Notes under the pieces: model-generated
The model's database searches: none
What the model saw: only the letters and a program-made list of their open reading frames with translations
Told to the model about the DNA's origin: nothing
From: Thiomargarita sp.
GTDB lineage: Bacteria; Pseudomonadota; Gammaproteobacteria; Beggiatoales; Beggiatoaceae
Assembly (NCBI GenBank): GCA_020721005.1
Contig: DYNP01000006.1
Location: 162,200 to 226,199, forward strand
Reading direction: 5' to 3'
DNA length: 64,000 nucleotides
Shown here: piece after piece, positions 39,623 to 49,887 of the stretch
Layout of the letters: each line of letters starts with the position of its first letter
Position numbering within the stretch: position 1 is the stretch's first letter
Translations under genes and position numbers: made by a program

Positions 39623-39653
39623 GTAGGATGGGCTGACCAACGGGAAGCCCATC
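39623..39653. repeat. REP-like hairpin GTAGGATGGGCTGACCAACGGGAAGCCCATC
   Basis: It has a GTAG head and a 7-bp stem (GATGGGCT/AGCCCATC). It is one of 6 copies in the window. Confidence 0.7.
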
Positions 39654-39863
39654 AATCGCATCATTTTAATGAGATTTTTTCTTGTTTTCTGGTCGAACTT
39701 AGGTATCTTAGGATTGTGTGTAAAACCCATCACCGTATGCCAAGTTATGGACTTATACTTTGATAAAGGGAATCGTGTAAAGGTCTCGTTGAAGAAAAAA
39801 GTTGCTTTTTTCATAAAACTTGAGTAGAATGAAGTTAATTCTGTTAAGAAGTCTTCCCAAAAA

Positions 39864-39939
39864 GGGGCCGTAGCTCAGCTGGGAGAGCGTGGCGTTCGCA
39901 ATGCCAAGGTCGGGAGTTCGATCCTCCTCGGCTCCACCA
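39864..39939 (+). tRNA. tRNA-Ala (anticodon CGC)
   Basis: Cloverleaf read by eye: the acceptor stem GGGGCCG/CGGCTCC has a G3:U70 pair, the anticodon loop is TTCGCAA, the T-arm is GGGAGTTCGATCCTCC, and there is a 3' CCA. Confidence 0.85.
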
Positions 39940-40221
39940 CCGTTTTTTCCTTATCCTTCTATCTTACTATCTCACCCTAAGCAGATCCCAGTTGTTGTGG
40001 TCAATTTGTGAGCATTCCGACAGCCAGAGCGCAGCATCGTAGGATGGGTAAATGCGCTATCCCTGTTTTAGCCAGGGCCTTTCCCGCGCCGAAAACCCTT
40101 CATTCCTGGAGACTAAATCCCCTACAGATGGGTATCCCACAGTTCAGACCAAAATCATTGCATGGCGCGTTTCTACCCATCCTACCGCGATAGATTGCTG
40201 GTAAGTTACTATTTGCAAGTA

Positions 40222-40298
40222 GCCTTGGTAGCTCAGTAGGATAGAGCATCTCCCTCCTAAGGAGAAGGTCAGAGGTTCAACTCCTCTCCAGGGCACCA
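40222..40298 (+). tRNA. tRNA-Arg (anticodon CCU)
   Basis: The acceptor stem is GCCTTGG/CCAGGGC. The D-arm is GCTCAGTAGGATAGAGC. The anticodon loop is CTCCTAA. The T-arm is GAGGTTCAACTCCTC. There is a 3' CCA. Confidence 0.8.
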
Positions 40299-40334
40299 AT
40301 TCATTTCCCCCCCAATTGACAATCTGGATGATAT

Positions 40335-40874
40335 TAGACTTCTTGCAAAAGTATGCGATCATGAAAAAATGAGAGTTGCCCCTCAGTTAAGATATGCTGA
40401 ATTGGAGGTCATTGGAATGGAGGCTTTAGCCGGCCAGCAGTTTGTCCTTGGAGTGGAGGCTTTAGCCGGCCAGCGGTCGGCTTTTGTAATTTGTGTATGT
40501 GGAGTGATGCCTACGGCTGACCGGCTAAAGCCTCCACTCCAATCTACCTTCTAGAACCTCCACTCCGGCTAAAGCCTCCACTCCAATGTATCTTCTAGAG
40601 CTTCCACTCCGGCTAAAGCCTCCACTCCAATGTATCTTCTAGAGCTTCCATTCCGGCTAAAGCCTCCACTCCAATATATCTTCTAGAGCTTTCACTCCGG
40701 CTAAAGCCTATACTCCAATGTATACTTCTAGAGCTTCCACTCCGGCTAAAGCCTCCAGTCCAACTTACCTTTTAGAACCTCTACTTCGATTAAAGTTTTT
40801 ACTTCAACTCCACTCCAACGGGGATTTCCCTTTTATTTTTTCGTATCGCATCATTTACTTTTGCAAGAGGTCTA
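40335..40874. mobile_element. MITE-like composite element, copy C (expanded). It has about 6.5 internal 44-bp tandem units (CCGGCTAAAGCCTCCACTCCAATGTATCTTCTAGAGCTTCCACT) between 40521 and 40800.
   Basis: The left end is TA|GACTTCTTGCAAAAGTATGCGATCATGAAAAAATGAGAGTTGCCCC. The right end is ...TTTTATTTTTTCGTATCGCATCATTTACTTTTGCAAGAGGTC|TA. The central hairpin lies at 40430-40525. Confidence 0.75.
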
Positions 40875-40970
40875 CTGAATATTGCTTGCTCTATATTTTG
40901 GCATCAGAGGAGTGTATTGGGTGGTTGGTAACACACCCTTTCTACGGTCGTTATGATTAAAGTGCGCAAG

Positions 40971-42290
40971 TTATTTGTTGAGGGTTTTGATAAATACTTT
41001 TGAGCAACGTTGGTAGTTGTACAGGCGACGTCTTAACATGGGCAATTGTTCCACGTCCGCATTTATAAAGCCTCGTTCTTGGAACCAATGGGCAGTATGA
41101 GTGGTCAATACGAAAATTTGTCGAATTCCCAGTTGTAAAGCTTCTTGTTCCAAACAGGCCAATAACGCATCTCCGCGTTGTTCTCGTCGGTAATGAGGGT
41201 GAACTGCTAAGCAGGCAAGTTCCGCCATTTTGTCTTCAATAAAGGGATAAAGTGCCGCACAGGCAGTGACCATGCCGTCTCGAGTTTGAATGGTGAAGCA
41301 GTTGATTTCAATCTCTAATTTTTCTCGAGACCGTTTGACTAGAATTCCTGCTTCCTCTAAAGGAGCAATCAGTTCTAGAATTCCCCCAACGTCCTCAATA
41401 GTTGCCTTTCGAGTGGGTTCAAATGGGTTATTGCTGATTAAGGTGCCAACTCCATCTCGTGAGAACAGTTCCAGCAACAGAGATCCTTCAATTTGTCGGC
41501 TAACCAGGTGAATTCTGGGGACTCCTTTTTGGCAGGCCCGCATGGCTTTGTCTAGTAAACAGGCGTGTTCATGATCAGTCAATAGAGTTTGAGTTTCTGC
41601 CACTGTCAATTGACGTAACAATTGACCGGCATTGTCGAAGAGACCGGGAGCTTCAATCAGGCAAATCCATTTGCTGGCTCGCAAGGCTATCGCCACTTCC
41701 ATCGCCACTTCTTCCGTCAGTAAGTTAAAAGTTTCTCCGGTGGGTGAATATCCCAATGGAGCGCAGAGTACGATGCTTCCATTATCGAGTCGACGGATTA
41801 TATCGGTGATTTCAACGCGTCTGACTTCTCCTGTGTAGCCGTAATCAACTCCTTTTCTGATACCTACAGGACGGGCAACAATAAAGTTTCCAGAGGAGGT
41901 GTTAATTTTTATTTCGGAAGTGGGATAGTTGGTTAGGCCTTTGGACAATAGACTTTCGATTTCGGCTCGCACTTCTCCACAGGCTGCTTTGACACATTGT
42001 AGGGCAGCGGCATCGGTGATTCGGATACCTTCAAAGTAGGTGGAAGGCAGGCCTTTGGTGCGCAAGTGATGTTCTATTTGAGGACGCACTCCATGAACTA
42101 AGACCAGACGAATGCCCAGGCTGTTGAGCAGGGTGATATCTTGAATCAGGTTGTGGAATTGAGGGGAATCTAAAGCTTCTCCTGCGAAACTGATGACAAA
42201 AGTTCTTCCTCTATGACTGTGAATATAGGGGGAAACTTCGCGAAACCATTGAACAAATTGTTGGGTGTTGTCAGATGATGAATGAAACAT
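40971..42290 (-). CDS. argA: Amino-acid N-acetyltransferase (N-acetylglutamate synthase: amino-acid-kinase fold plus GNAT)
   Basis: 439 aa. The N-terminus MFHSSSDNTQQFVQWFREVSPYIHSHRGRTFVISFAGE is typical of ArgA. The C-terminal GNAT ends ...ACLAVHPHYRREQRGDALL. Confidence 0.85.
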   Translation of the reverse strand: MFHSSSDNTQQFVQWFREVSPYIHSHRGRTFVISFAGEALDSPQFHNLIQDITLLNSLGIRLVLVHGVRPQIEHHLRTKGLPSTYFEGIRITDAAALQCVKAACGEVRAEIESLLSKGLTNYPTSEIKINTSSGNFIVARPVGIRKGVDYGYTGEVRRVEITDIIRRLDNGSIVLCAPLGYSPTGETFNLLTEEVAMEVAIALRASKWICLIEAPGLFDNAGQLLRQLTVAETQTLLTDHEHACLLDKAMRACQKGVPRIHLVSRQIEGSLLLELFSRDGVGTLISNNPFEPTRKATIEDVGGILELIAPLEEAGILVKRSREKLEIEINCFTIQTRDGMVTACAALYPFIEDKMAELACLAVHPHYRREQRGDALLACLEQEALQLGIRQIFVLTTHTAHWFQERGFINADVEQLPMLRRRLYNYQRCSKVFIKTLNK

Positions 42291-42360
42291 TACAATTGAA
42301 TTTGGATGGGGATTAAGGAGTGATTTCAGATTTTAATTTTTTGATTCTGAAAATTTTGAT

Positions 42361-44076
42361 TTAAACCACAGACACAGACGTTTCTTCGGTGACTCTAAGC
42401 ACTTCTTCTATACTGGTAATGCCTTGATAGGCTTTGAGTAAGCCATCTTGTCGTAGGTTGCGGAAACCTTGTTGAATGGCCAAAGTACGCATCTGATTAA
42501 CTGGCGCATTGCTCAAGATGAGATTTTGCATTTCTGGGGTAATGTAGACCAGTTCATAAATGCCCACTCGTCCCTTATAACCGGTATTTTGGCAGGCGGG
42601 ACATCCTTGGACTTGTCGCCAATAAGGGGATTGTTGAGGCAAGGCATTCCCAATGTTGGACAGCAGTTCAGTCAGTTGGGAATGAAGGTCATGGGGAATG
42701 TGTGTGGGAATGGCACAGTGTTCACAAAGTCTCCGTACTAGACGTTGAGCTTGTACCGCTTTTAAAGTAGTGGCGACCAAAAAGGGTTCAATGCCCATGT
42801 CAATCAGGCGAGTGAAAGCACTGATGGCGTCATTGGTGTGCAAGGTGGAAAGTACCATGTGTCCAGTTAAGGCGGCTTGAATGGCAATTTCTGAGGTTTC
42901 CCGATCGCGAATTTCTCCGATCATGATGATGTCGGGATCCTGGCGCAAAATGGCGCGCAGGGCATGAGCAAAGGTATAGCCAATTTCGCTGTGAGCTTGT
43001 ACTTGAGTGACTCCTTGTAATTGATATTCTACCGGATCTTCCACTGTGATAATTTTTTGGGAATGGTTGTTGATGGCATCCAAAGCAGCATAGAGGGTGG
43101 TGGATTTGCCAGATCCAGTGGGACCGGTGACCAAGATGATGCCATGGGGCTCGGTGATCCAACGGGTAAACCATTCGTAATGATCGGGGGCAAATCCCAG
43201 TTGTTCCAGACGACTGGTTTGACGTTGTTTGGGCAGGAGACGCAACACAATGGATTCGCCATGGACTCCTGGCAGACAAGAGACTCGAATGTCCAATTCT
43301 TGTCCACTGACTCGGGTGTTTAAGCGACCGTCTTGGGGCAGGCGACGTTCTGCGATGTCCAAACCAGAAATTAATTTGATGCGCGAGGCAATGGGATTAA
43401 AGCGTTCCCTGGGTAAATTAAGGTGTTCATACAGCACACCATCGACCCGGTAACGTACCCAAAAGGTATGTTCCTCAGGTTCAATGTGCACATCAGAGGC
43501 ACGTTTTTCAACTGCTTGGGACAACATGTTGTTGACAAATTCAATGACTGGTGCTCCTTCTGCCAATTCCCTAAGTAAATTAATATCGTCAGTATACCCG
43601 GGGGAAAAATGGGCTTGAAATTTGGCCACACTGTCCAAAACCCGTTCCAAATCTTGATTTCGCACCAAATACCAGGTGACCGGGTGCTCAGTCAGTTTTT
43701 GAGCAAGTACTTCATTCACTGTATCAGCCAAAGGATCTCTGGCGATGCAATGTACATGAGCCCGTTCATCTTCCCAAATTAACAATTGTTGATCCAACCA
43801 CCATTCTTTTTCGATACCAGTTTTCTCAATTGCGGCTAAGAAGGTAATGGCATCCAAGGGAATGTCTTTACTGCTGATCACTGGCAAATCCAACTGTTGG
43901 GATAAAACGGTCAGTAAAGTTTCCTCCGAGATGGCGCCCATGCGGATTAACACGCCTCCCAATTCACCTCCAAAATGCGCTTGAAATTCCAACGCCCGTT
44001 GAATATCCTGGTCAGTGACCAGTCCTGCTTTTTGTAGCATTTCACCCAATCTGGGTTTATAAGAAGATTCTGACAT
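42361..44076 (-). CDS. GspE/PilB/MshE-family secretion ATPase with an N-terminal tandem MshEN c-di-GMP-binding motif. It is an orphan with no other T2SS/T4P genes nearby.
   Basis: MshEN motifs are RLGEMLQKAGLVTDQDIQRALEFQ and LGGVLIRMGAISEETLLTVLSQQ. The Walker A is GPTGSGKSTT. There is a tetracysteine CxxC...CPAC. Confidence 0.75.
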   Translation of the reverse strand: MSESSYKPRLGEMLQKAGLVTDQDIQRALEFQAHFGGELGGVLIRMGAISEETLLTVLSQQLDLPVISSKDIPLDAITFLAAIEKTGIEKEWWLDQQLLIWEDERAHVHCIARDPLADTVNEVLAQKLTEHPVTWYLVRNQDLERVLDSVAKFQAHFSPGYTDDINLLRELAEGAPVIEFVNNMLSQAVEKRASDVHIEPEEHTFWVRYRVDGVLYEHLNLPRERFNPIASRIKLISGLDIAERRLPQDGRLNTRVSGQELDIRVSCLPGVHGESIVLRLLPKQRQTSRLEQLGFAPDHYEWFTRWITEPHGIILVTGPTGSGKSTTLYAALDAINNHSQKIITVEDPVEYQLQGVTQVQAHSEIGYTFAHALRAILRQDPDIIMIGEIRDRETSEIAIQAALTGHMVLSTLHTNDAISAFTRLIDMGIEPFLVATTLKAVQAQRLVRRLCEHCAIPTHIPHDLHSQLTELLSNIGNALPQQSPYWRQVQGCPACQNTGYKGRVGIYELVYITPEMQNLILSNAPVNQMRTLAIQQGFRNLRQDGLLKAYQGITSIEEVLRVTEETSVSVV

Positions 44077-44100
44077 AAAGATAATTTCAGGGGAAAATTG

Positions 44101-45084
44101 ATGAAAAATATTGGCATTATTGTGTTAAATTGGCAAGGCTGGAAAGATACTATTCTCTGTTTGGATTCACTGTGGTCGTTACAATGCCCCATTCCATTTT
44201 CACTTATAGTTTGTGATAATGCGTCTACCAACGATTCCGTGGCTCAGATTCTACATTGGGCACAGTGCCATTACTCCTTGGCAGAAATCAAACTGATTTC
44301 TCCTCCATTTATCGAAACCTCAGAAGTTCCTTTTACCTTAATTCAAACGGGTCACAATTTGGGTTTTGCGGGGGGAGTCAATGTGGGAATTCGGTATGCA
44401 TTGGCTGCCAGATTCTGTGAATATCTGTGGGTATTAAACAATGATACCCGAGTTGATGCTCAAGCCTTAACTGCATTATACCACTGTGCTCAGCAAAATT
44501 CACAAGTGGCTCTGTTAGGAAGCACAATCCTGGACTATGAGGACACAGATAAGGTACAATGTGCCGGGGGCTGTCGCTATTACCCGTTGTTGACGATAAT
44601 AAAACCTTGGGGCCGCGGCAAATCACTTAAAGAAGTATTGAATTATCCAGCCCATGCCCTCAAACTGGATTATATCTATGGGGCCAGTCTATTCCTACGA
44701 ATATCTGCCATTCAAAAAGTGGGACTTTTAAATGAAGACTATTTCCTATTCTATGAAGAATTGGACTATGCACACCGTTTGACTCATCAAGGTTACCAAA
44801 TGGCTTGGTGCCGAAACAGCCTGGTTTACCACAAAGGCAGTGCCAGTATTCAACGAACTTCGGACAATCCTCGCACCAGTTTACAACAAGCCAACTATTA
44901 TGAGAACCTCAATACCTTAAAGTACACCGCAAATTTCTATCCTAATTGGCTAATCTGGGTCATGCTGATTCGATTCACGCTCAAATCACTTGTCTTACTA
45001 TTGCGTTGGGATATGGATTTGTTCTCACCCTTATACAAGGCCTATCAAGATTTTATTCAACACAAGAGGAGAAACGTGACATGA
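44101..45084 (+). CDS. Glycosyltransferase family 2 (rhamnosyltransferase-like)
   Basis: The GT-A DXD region is [12 protein letters not shown]...[10 protein letters not shown]...[10 protein letters not shown]. Its stop overlaps the folE2 start (ATGA at 45081-45084). Confidence 0.7.
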   Translation: MKNIGIIVLNWQGWKDTILCLDSLWSLQCPIPFSLIVCDNASTNDSVAQILHWAQCHYSLAEIKLISPPFIETSEVPFTLIQTGHNLGFAGGVNVGIRYALAARFCEYLWVLNNDTRVDAQALTALYHCAQQNSQVALLGSTILDYEDTDKVQCAGGCRYYPLLTIIKPWGRGKSLKEVLNYPAHALKLDYIYGASLFLRISAIQKVGLLNEDYFLFYEELDYAHRLTHQGYQMAWCRNSLVYHKGSASIQRTSDNPRTSLQQANYYENLNTLKYTANFYPNWLIWVMLIRFTLKSLVLLLRWDMDLFSPLYKAYQDFIQHKRRNVT

Positions 45085-45890
45085 ATAAACAAATCTCTAT
45101 CATACCCGACGTTCAGGGCAGTCTCGACAAACGTCAAATTGCCATTGATAAAGTGGGCATCAAGGACATAAAATACCCCGTTAGAGTTAAAGATCGTACG
45201 GGTAGAGAACAACACACCATAGCCAATTTCAACATGTATGTGAACCTACCCCATAATTTCAAGGGCACTCACATGTCCCGGTTTGTAGAAATTCTCAACG
45301 AACATGAATATGAAATTACAGTTGAGACTTTCAAACAAATGCTCTCTGAAATGACCCGCCGTTTAGAAGCCCGCTCAGGTCACATCGAAATGACATTCAC
45401 CTATTTTGTCCGAAAATCAGCTCCAGTCTCCGGTGTAAAAAGCCTACTGGACTATCAAGTCACTTTTATTGGCGAAGTTTTCGAACAACATCCTATCATT
45501 ACAGTCAAAGTGGTAGTCCCAGTCACTAGCCTGTGTCCCTGCTCCAAAAAAATTGCCAAATACGGTGCTCATAATCAGCGCTCCCATGTAACAGTCACAG
45601 CCAAAACCAATGGTTTTCTGTGGATAGAAGACCTCATCGACCTGGTTGAACAAGAAGCCTCATGTCAACTCTATGGACTGCTCAAACGACCCGATGAGAA
45701 ACATGTCACCGAGTACGCCTATGACAACCCTAAATTTGTCGAAGACATTGTACGAGACATTGCGGCCAAACTCAACAAAGACCCCCGGGTAGCTAACTAT
45801 GTGGTTGAATCTGAAAACTTTGAATCCATTCACAACCACTCAGCTTATGCCATGATACGAAATGACAAAATTCCTGAAGAGACTCAATAA
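45081..45890 (+). CDS. folE2: GTP cyclohydrolase I type 2 (FolE2/MptA family)
   Basis: The N-terminus is [34 protein letters not shown]. The conserved block is [21 protein letters not shown]. An AGGAGA Shine-Dalgarno sequence is 9 nt upstream. Confidence 0.8.
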   Translation: MNKQISIIPDVQGSLDKRQIAIDKVGIKDIKYPVRVKDRTGREQHTIANFNMYVNLPHNFKGTHMSRFVEILNEHEYEITVETFKQMLSEMTRRLEARSGHIEMTFTYFVRKSAPVSGVKSLLDYQVTFIGEVFEQHPIITVKVVVPVTSLCPCSKKIAKYGAHNQRSHVTVTAKTNGFLWIEDLIDLVEQEASCQLYGLLKRPDEKHVTEYAYDNPKFVEDIVRDIAAKLNKDPRVANYVVESENFESIHNHSAYAMIRNDKIPEETQ

Positions 45891-46146
45891 AACCATAAAA
45901 ATCGCTCCCAACTCCTCCTTAACCCTCTGTTTTAAATCCAGACTCACAGAATTAAGGAAGAAATGGGAACCGATCAAACTCTTATTTTCAGCTCATATCG
46001 TGACACCTAATTCACATTGTGACACTCACGTTGCAACCAATAATGCTCATTGTTCATAACCATTAAATGTTGACCCAAAATTTCACAAAATACGTTCCCA
46101 ATAAAAATTTGGGAACAATGGATCTACCTTTTATACATAACCCTTC

Positions 46147-47580
46147 ATGATACAACACATTTTTGGCTTATTACTCATCATCCTCAGCCTCACCTTAATT
46201 CCTTCACTCTTTATTGCATGGTGGTATGTAGACGGACAATTTTCCCTGTTTGGCCTCATGTTTTTAGGAATGGCCTCCACAGGTCTATTACTCTGGTTAT
46301 TGACTCGGGGAATTACTAGGGAACTGTTGCTACGAGATGGCTTTATCATCGCCGCCTTATTCTGGATCGGACTGAGTTTGATCAGCTCTGTACCCTTTTT
46401 ATTCAGTCCAAACCTTAATTTTGCCCAAGCTGTTTTTGAAGCGGTCTCTGGAGTGACCACGACTGGGGGAACCGTCATCATTGGCTTAGACAATCTACCG
46501 CCCTCGATTCTCTACTATCGACAACAATTGCAATGGCTGGGGGGATTGGGCATTGTTATATTTGCTGTGGCCATATTGCCAATGTTGGGAATTGGAGGCA
46601 TGCAACTGTACCGAGCTGAAACGCCAGGTCCCATGCACGATGACAAATTAACCCCTCGTTTACGTCATACCGCCACCTATTTACTGTTGATTCATATCAC
46701 GCTCACCCTTGCCTGTGCCCTTGCCTACTGGTTAGCTGGCATGAATTGGCTTGACGCCATTGGTCACAGTTTCGCAACAATTTCTACGGGAGGCTTTTCC
46801 ACCCACGATGCCAGTTTGGGCTATTTTAACAGTCTCACCATCGAATGCATTGCCATGCTCTTCATGTTTCTAGGCGCCCTGAATTTCACAGTGCACTTTG
46901 TAGCCTGGACCAAATTTAACATATTTTGCTACTGGCAAGATATCCAAGGACGAGTCTTCTTTTTCATTGTAGCTACACTCATTCTCATCACCACTTGGAT
47001 CCTGGTGAGCAAGGGAACTTATGATCAGGTTGGCACTGCTTTACGTTATGCCAGTTTTCAAGTCATCTCAGTTATCACCACCACCGGTTTTTTGACCGCG
47101 GATTTCAGCAGTTGGCCCTCAGTACTTCCAGTCCTGATCTTAGGCAGCAGCTTTATTGGCGGCTGTGTGGGCTCAACTGCCGGTGGCATACGAGTGATCC
47201 GCTTAGTTCTCCTATACAAACAGGCAACGCGAGGCATTATGCGACTGATCCATCCCAATGCCCTGTTGATTGTAAAAATTCAACAAAAACGAGTCCCTAA
47301 TGATGTCATAGAAGCAGTTTGGGAATTCAGTGCTATTTACGTCGCCAGTTACCTATTCCTCTCCTTACTGCTCATGACCACCGATGTTGACATCATCACC
47401 GCCTTTTCTGCTGTGGCCGCCTGTTTTAACATGGCCGGTCCAGGTCTGGGGGCAGTGGCCAGCAATTTCAGCAGTATTAGTGATATAGGGTTGTGGATTC
47501 TCAGTTTTTCCATGTTACTGGCCCGCCTAGAAATTTTCACCCTTTTGGTGGTCTTAAGCCCCGCTTTTTGGCGAAAATAA
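46147..47580 (+). CDS. trkH: Trk-type K+ uptake transporter membrane subunit
   Basis: 477 aa and polytopic. Repeated selectivity-filter-like motifs are TTGGTV, ISTGGFSTHD and TTTGFLTAD. Confidence 0.85.
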   Translation: MIQHIFGLLLIILSLTLIPSLFIAWWYVDGQFSLFGLMFLGMASTGLLLWLLTRGITRELLLRDGFIIAALFWIGLSLISSVPFLFSPNLNFAQAVFEAVSGVTTTGGTVIIGLDNLPPSILYYRQQLQWLGGLGIVIFAVAILPMLGIGGMQLYRAETPGPMHDDKLTPRLRHTATYLLLIHITLTLACALAYWLAGMNWLDAIGHSFATISTGGFSTHDASLGYFNSLTIECIAMLFMFLGALNFTVHFVAWTKFNIFCYWQDIQGRVFFFIVATLILITTWILVSKGTYDQVGTALRYASFQVISVITTTGFLTADFSSWPSVLPVLILGSSFIGGCVGSTAGGIRVIRLVLLYKQATRGIMRLIHPNALLIVKIQQKRVPNDVIEAVWEFSAIYVASYLFLSLLLMTTDVDIITAFSAVAACFNMAGPGLGAVASNFSSISDIGLWILSFSMLLARLEIFTLLVVLSPAFWRK

Positions 47581-47628
47581 GGCGCTTAAATTCAACTTGA
47601 TTCCTCTAGCCGTGCTTATAAGGCAACT

Positions 47629-47660
47629 GATGGGCTTCCCTACGGTCAGCTCATCCTACA
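47629..47660. repeat. REP-like hairpin, inverted orientation. Together with the next one it forms a head-to-head pair.
   Basis: GATGGGCTTCCCTACGGTCAGCTCATCCTACA is the reverse complement of TGTAGGATGAGCTGACCGTAGGGAAGCCCATC. Confidence 0.65.
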
Positions 47661-47688
47661 TATGCTGACAGGTTTAAGCAAGGACACA

Positions 47689-47725
47689 GTAGGATGGGCT
47701 GAGCATCTTTTTGCGAAGCCCATCG
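47689..47725. repeat. REP-like hairpin GTAGGATGGGCTGAGCATCTTTTTGCGAAGCCCATC
   Basis: Direct reading. It lies between the convergent trkH and uvrB 3' ends. Confidence 0.7.
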
Positions 47726-47730
47726 TTTAC

Positions 47731-49740
47731 TTACCGCAGTAACAAAGACTGTCGCAACTGATATATTTGGTCACGTAATTTGGCTGCCTGCTCAAATTCC
47801 AAATTTTCCGCATTTCGCCGCATTTTCTTCTCCAACTGTTTGATTTTTTTAGACAATTCCTTGGGATTGTGATAAATTTGAGGAGATTCAGCCACTTTAT
47901 TGTAAAATTGAGAATGAGTTGGATCATCTGCTATTTCTGCAGCGGGTAAAATGTCCACAATAGCCTTTTGTACACCCTGTGGCACGATGTGATGATATTG
48001 GTTATAAACCTGCTGTTTGGCTCGACGGCGCTCAGTCTCCTCAATAGCCTGCCGCATGGCTGCCGTGATGCGATCTGCATAGAGAATCACTCGGCCTTCT
48101 ATATGTCTGGCGGCTCGACCTATAGTTTGAATTAAAGCAGTGCTTGAGCGAAGAAAGCCTTCCTTATCTGCATCCAAAATGGCAACCAGCGAGACTTCAG
48201 GCAAATCCAACCCTTCCCGCAATAAATTGATGCCGACCAAGACATCAAAACTGCCTAAACGCAAGTCTCGAATAATTTCCACCCGTTCCACAGTGTCCAC
48301 ATCAGAATGAAGATAACGCACTTTTACCCGATGTTCAGTCAGATATTCGGTTAAATCTTCTGCCATGCGTTTGGTTAAAGTGGTGACCAAAACTCGTTGC
48401 TTTTTAAGCACTTTATTCTGAACTTCGGATAATAAGTCATCAATTTGGCTGGCCACGGGTCGCACTTGAATTTCAGGATCGACAAGTCCAGTGGGTCGCA
48501 CCAATTGTTCAATTACATTGTGGGAATGTTCAGATTCATATTTGCCCGGAGTGGCAGAGGTGAAAATGGTTTGCGGCGCCAACTTTTCAAATTCGGCAAA
48601 CATCAGCGGTCGATTGTCAAGGGCTGAGGGCAGTCGAAATCCGTAATTTACCAAATTTTCCTTACGAGAACGATCCCCTTTGTACATGGCAGCCAATTGG
48701 GGAATGGTCACATGGCTTTCGTCCACAATGAGCAATCCTTCTGCGGGAAGATAATCGAACAGAGTGGGAGGCGGTTCCCCAGCTTGTCGAAGGGAAAGGT
48801 AACGAGAATAATTTTCTATGCCATTGCAATAACCGAGTTGACTGATCATTTCCAAATCAAATAAGGTGCGTTGTTCAAGTCGTTGCGCCTCAACCAATTT
48901 ATTTGCGGCATAGAATTCTTCCAAACGTTGTTTGAGTTCCAATTTGATCTGATCGACTGCCTGCACCAAAATTTGTTGGGGGGTGGCATAATGAGTTTTG
49001 GGATAGAGGGTGAGTCGAGAAACGCGTTTGGAAGTTTGGGCAGTGAGGGGATCGAAATAGCGCAAGGATTCGATCTCATCTTCAAATAATTCAATGCGGA
49101 TGGCTTCCCGTTGAGAATCGGCCGGATAGACATCGACAACCTCTCCGCGAACTCGATAAGTACCACGTTCCAAAACTACATCGTTGCGAGTGTATTGTAA
49201 TTCAGCCAGTCGCCGCAATAAAAATTGTCGATCCAGGGGTTGACCTTGGATTAAATGCAGTACCATTTGCAGGTACCATTGGGGATCGCCCAATCCGTAA
49301 ATTGCGGAAACTGAAGCGACAATGATGACGTCTGGTCTTTCCAAAAGTGCTTTAGTCGCAGATAAACGCAATTGCTCAATATGTTCATTGATGGCGGCGT
49401 CCTTCTCAATGTAGGTATCCGAAGCCGGCAGATAAGCTTCCGGTTGATAATAATCATAGTAGGAAACAAAATACTCCACAGCATTGTGTGGAAAAAATTG
49501 CCGCATTTCACTGTACAATTGGGCGGCCAAGGTTTTATTGGGCGCCAAGATCAGGGTGGGACGTTGCACTGCTTGAATGACATTGGCAATTGTAAAGGTT
49601 TTTCCAGAACCCGTTACTCCCAATAAAGTTTGGTAATGATCTCCTCTGGCGAGACCTGCCACCAGTTGTAAAATGGCTTCTGGTTGATCACCGCTGGGTT
49701 CATAGGGGAACTGCAATTGAAATTGTGGAGTGGTAAGCAT
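47731..49740 (-). CDS. uvrB: Excinuclease ABC subunit B
   Basis: The Walker A is [10 protein letters not shown]. Helicase motifs and the C-terminal UVR domain ([12 protein letters not shown]) are present. Length is 669 aa. Confidence 0.92.
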   Translation of the reverse strand: MLTTPQFQLQFPYEPSGDQPEAILQLVAGLARGDHYQTLLGVTGSGKTFTIANVIQAVQRPTLILAPNKTLAAQLYSEMRQFFPHNAVEYFVSYYDYYQPEAYLPASDTYIEKDAAINEHIEQLRLSATKALLERPDVIIVASVSAIYGLGDPQWYLQMVLHLIQGQPLDRQFLLRRLAELQYTRNDVVLERGTYRVRGEVVDVYPADSQREAIRIELFEDEIESLRYFDPLTAQTSKRVSRLTLYPKTHYATPQQILVQAVDQIKLELKQRLEEFYAANKLVEAQRLEQRTLFDLEMISQLGYCNGIENYSRYLSLRQAGEPPPTLFDYLPAEGLLIVDESHVTIPQLAAMYKGDRSRKENLVNYGFRLPSALDNRPLMFAEFEKLAPQTIFTSATPGKYESEHSHNVIEQLVRPTGLVDPEIQVRPVASQIDDLLSEVQNKVLKKQRVLVTTLTKRMAEDLTEYLTEHRVKVRYLHSDVDTVERVEIIRDLRLGSFDVLVGINLLREGLDLPEVSLVAILDADKEGFLRSSTALIQTIGRAARHIEGRVILYADRITAAMRQAIEETERRRAKQQVYNQYHHIVPQGVQKAIVDILPAAEIADDPTHSQFYNKVAESPQIYHNPKELSKKIKQLEKKMRRNAENLEFEQAAKLRDQIYQLRQSLLLR

Positions 49741-49887
49741 GGTTTTTGAGCTCCAGTGATGACAGTATTTATATCAGTTTGCTAAAATTAAGCAGATTTT
49801 AATCTGTCGGGAAAAAGTTCCCAATATTTCAAGGAGTGTACTCTCCTCCAACCTGATTTTAATTGCACCATTAAAAGGAAAATAGAC

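Noticed and set aside
40008-40193. 61-aa Arg-rich ORF between the two tRNAs
   Set aside because: It is bracketed by inverted REP half-sites with low coding potential. It is more likely non-coding spacer.
40144-40362. 72-aa minus-strand ORF
   Set aside because: It lies antisense across tRNA-Arg and the MITE end. It has no Shine-Dalgarno sequence and is spurious.
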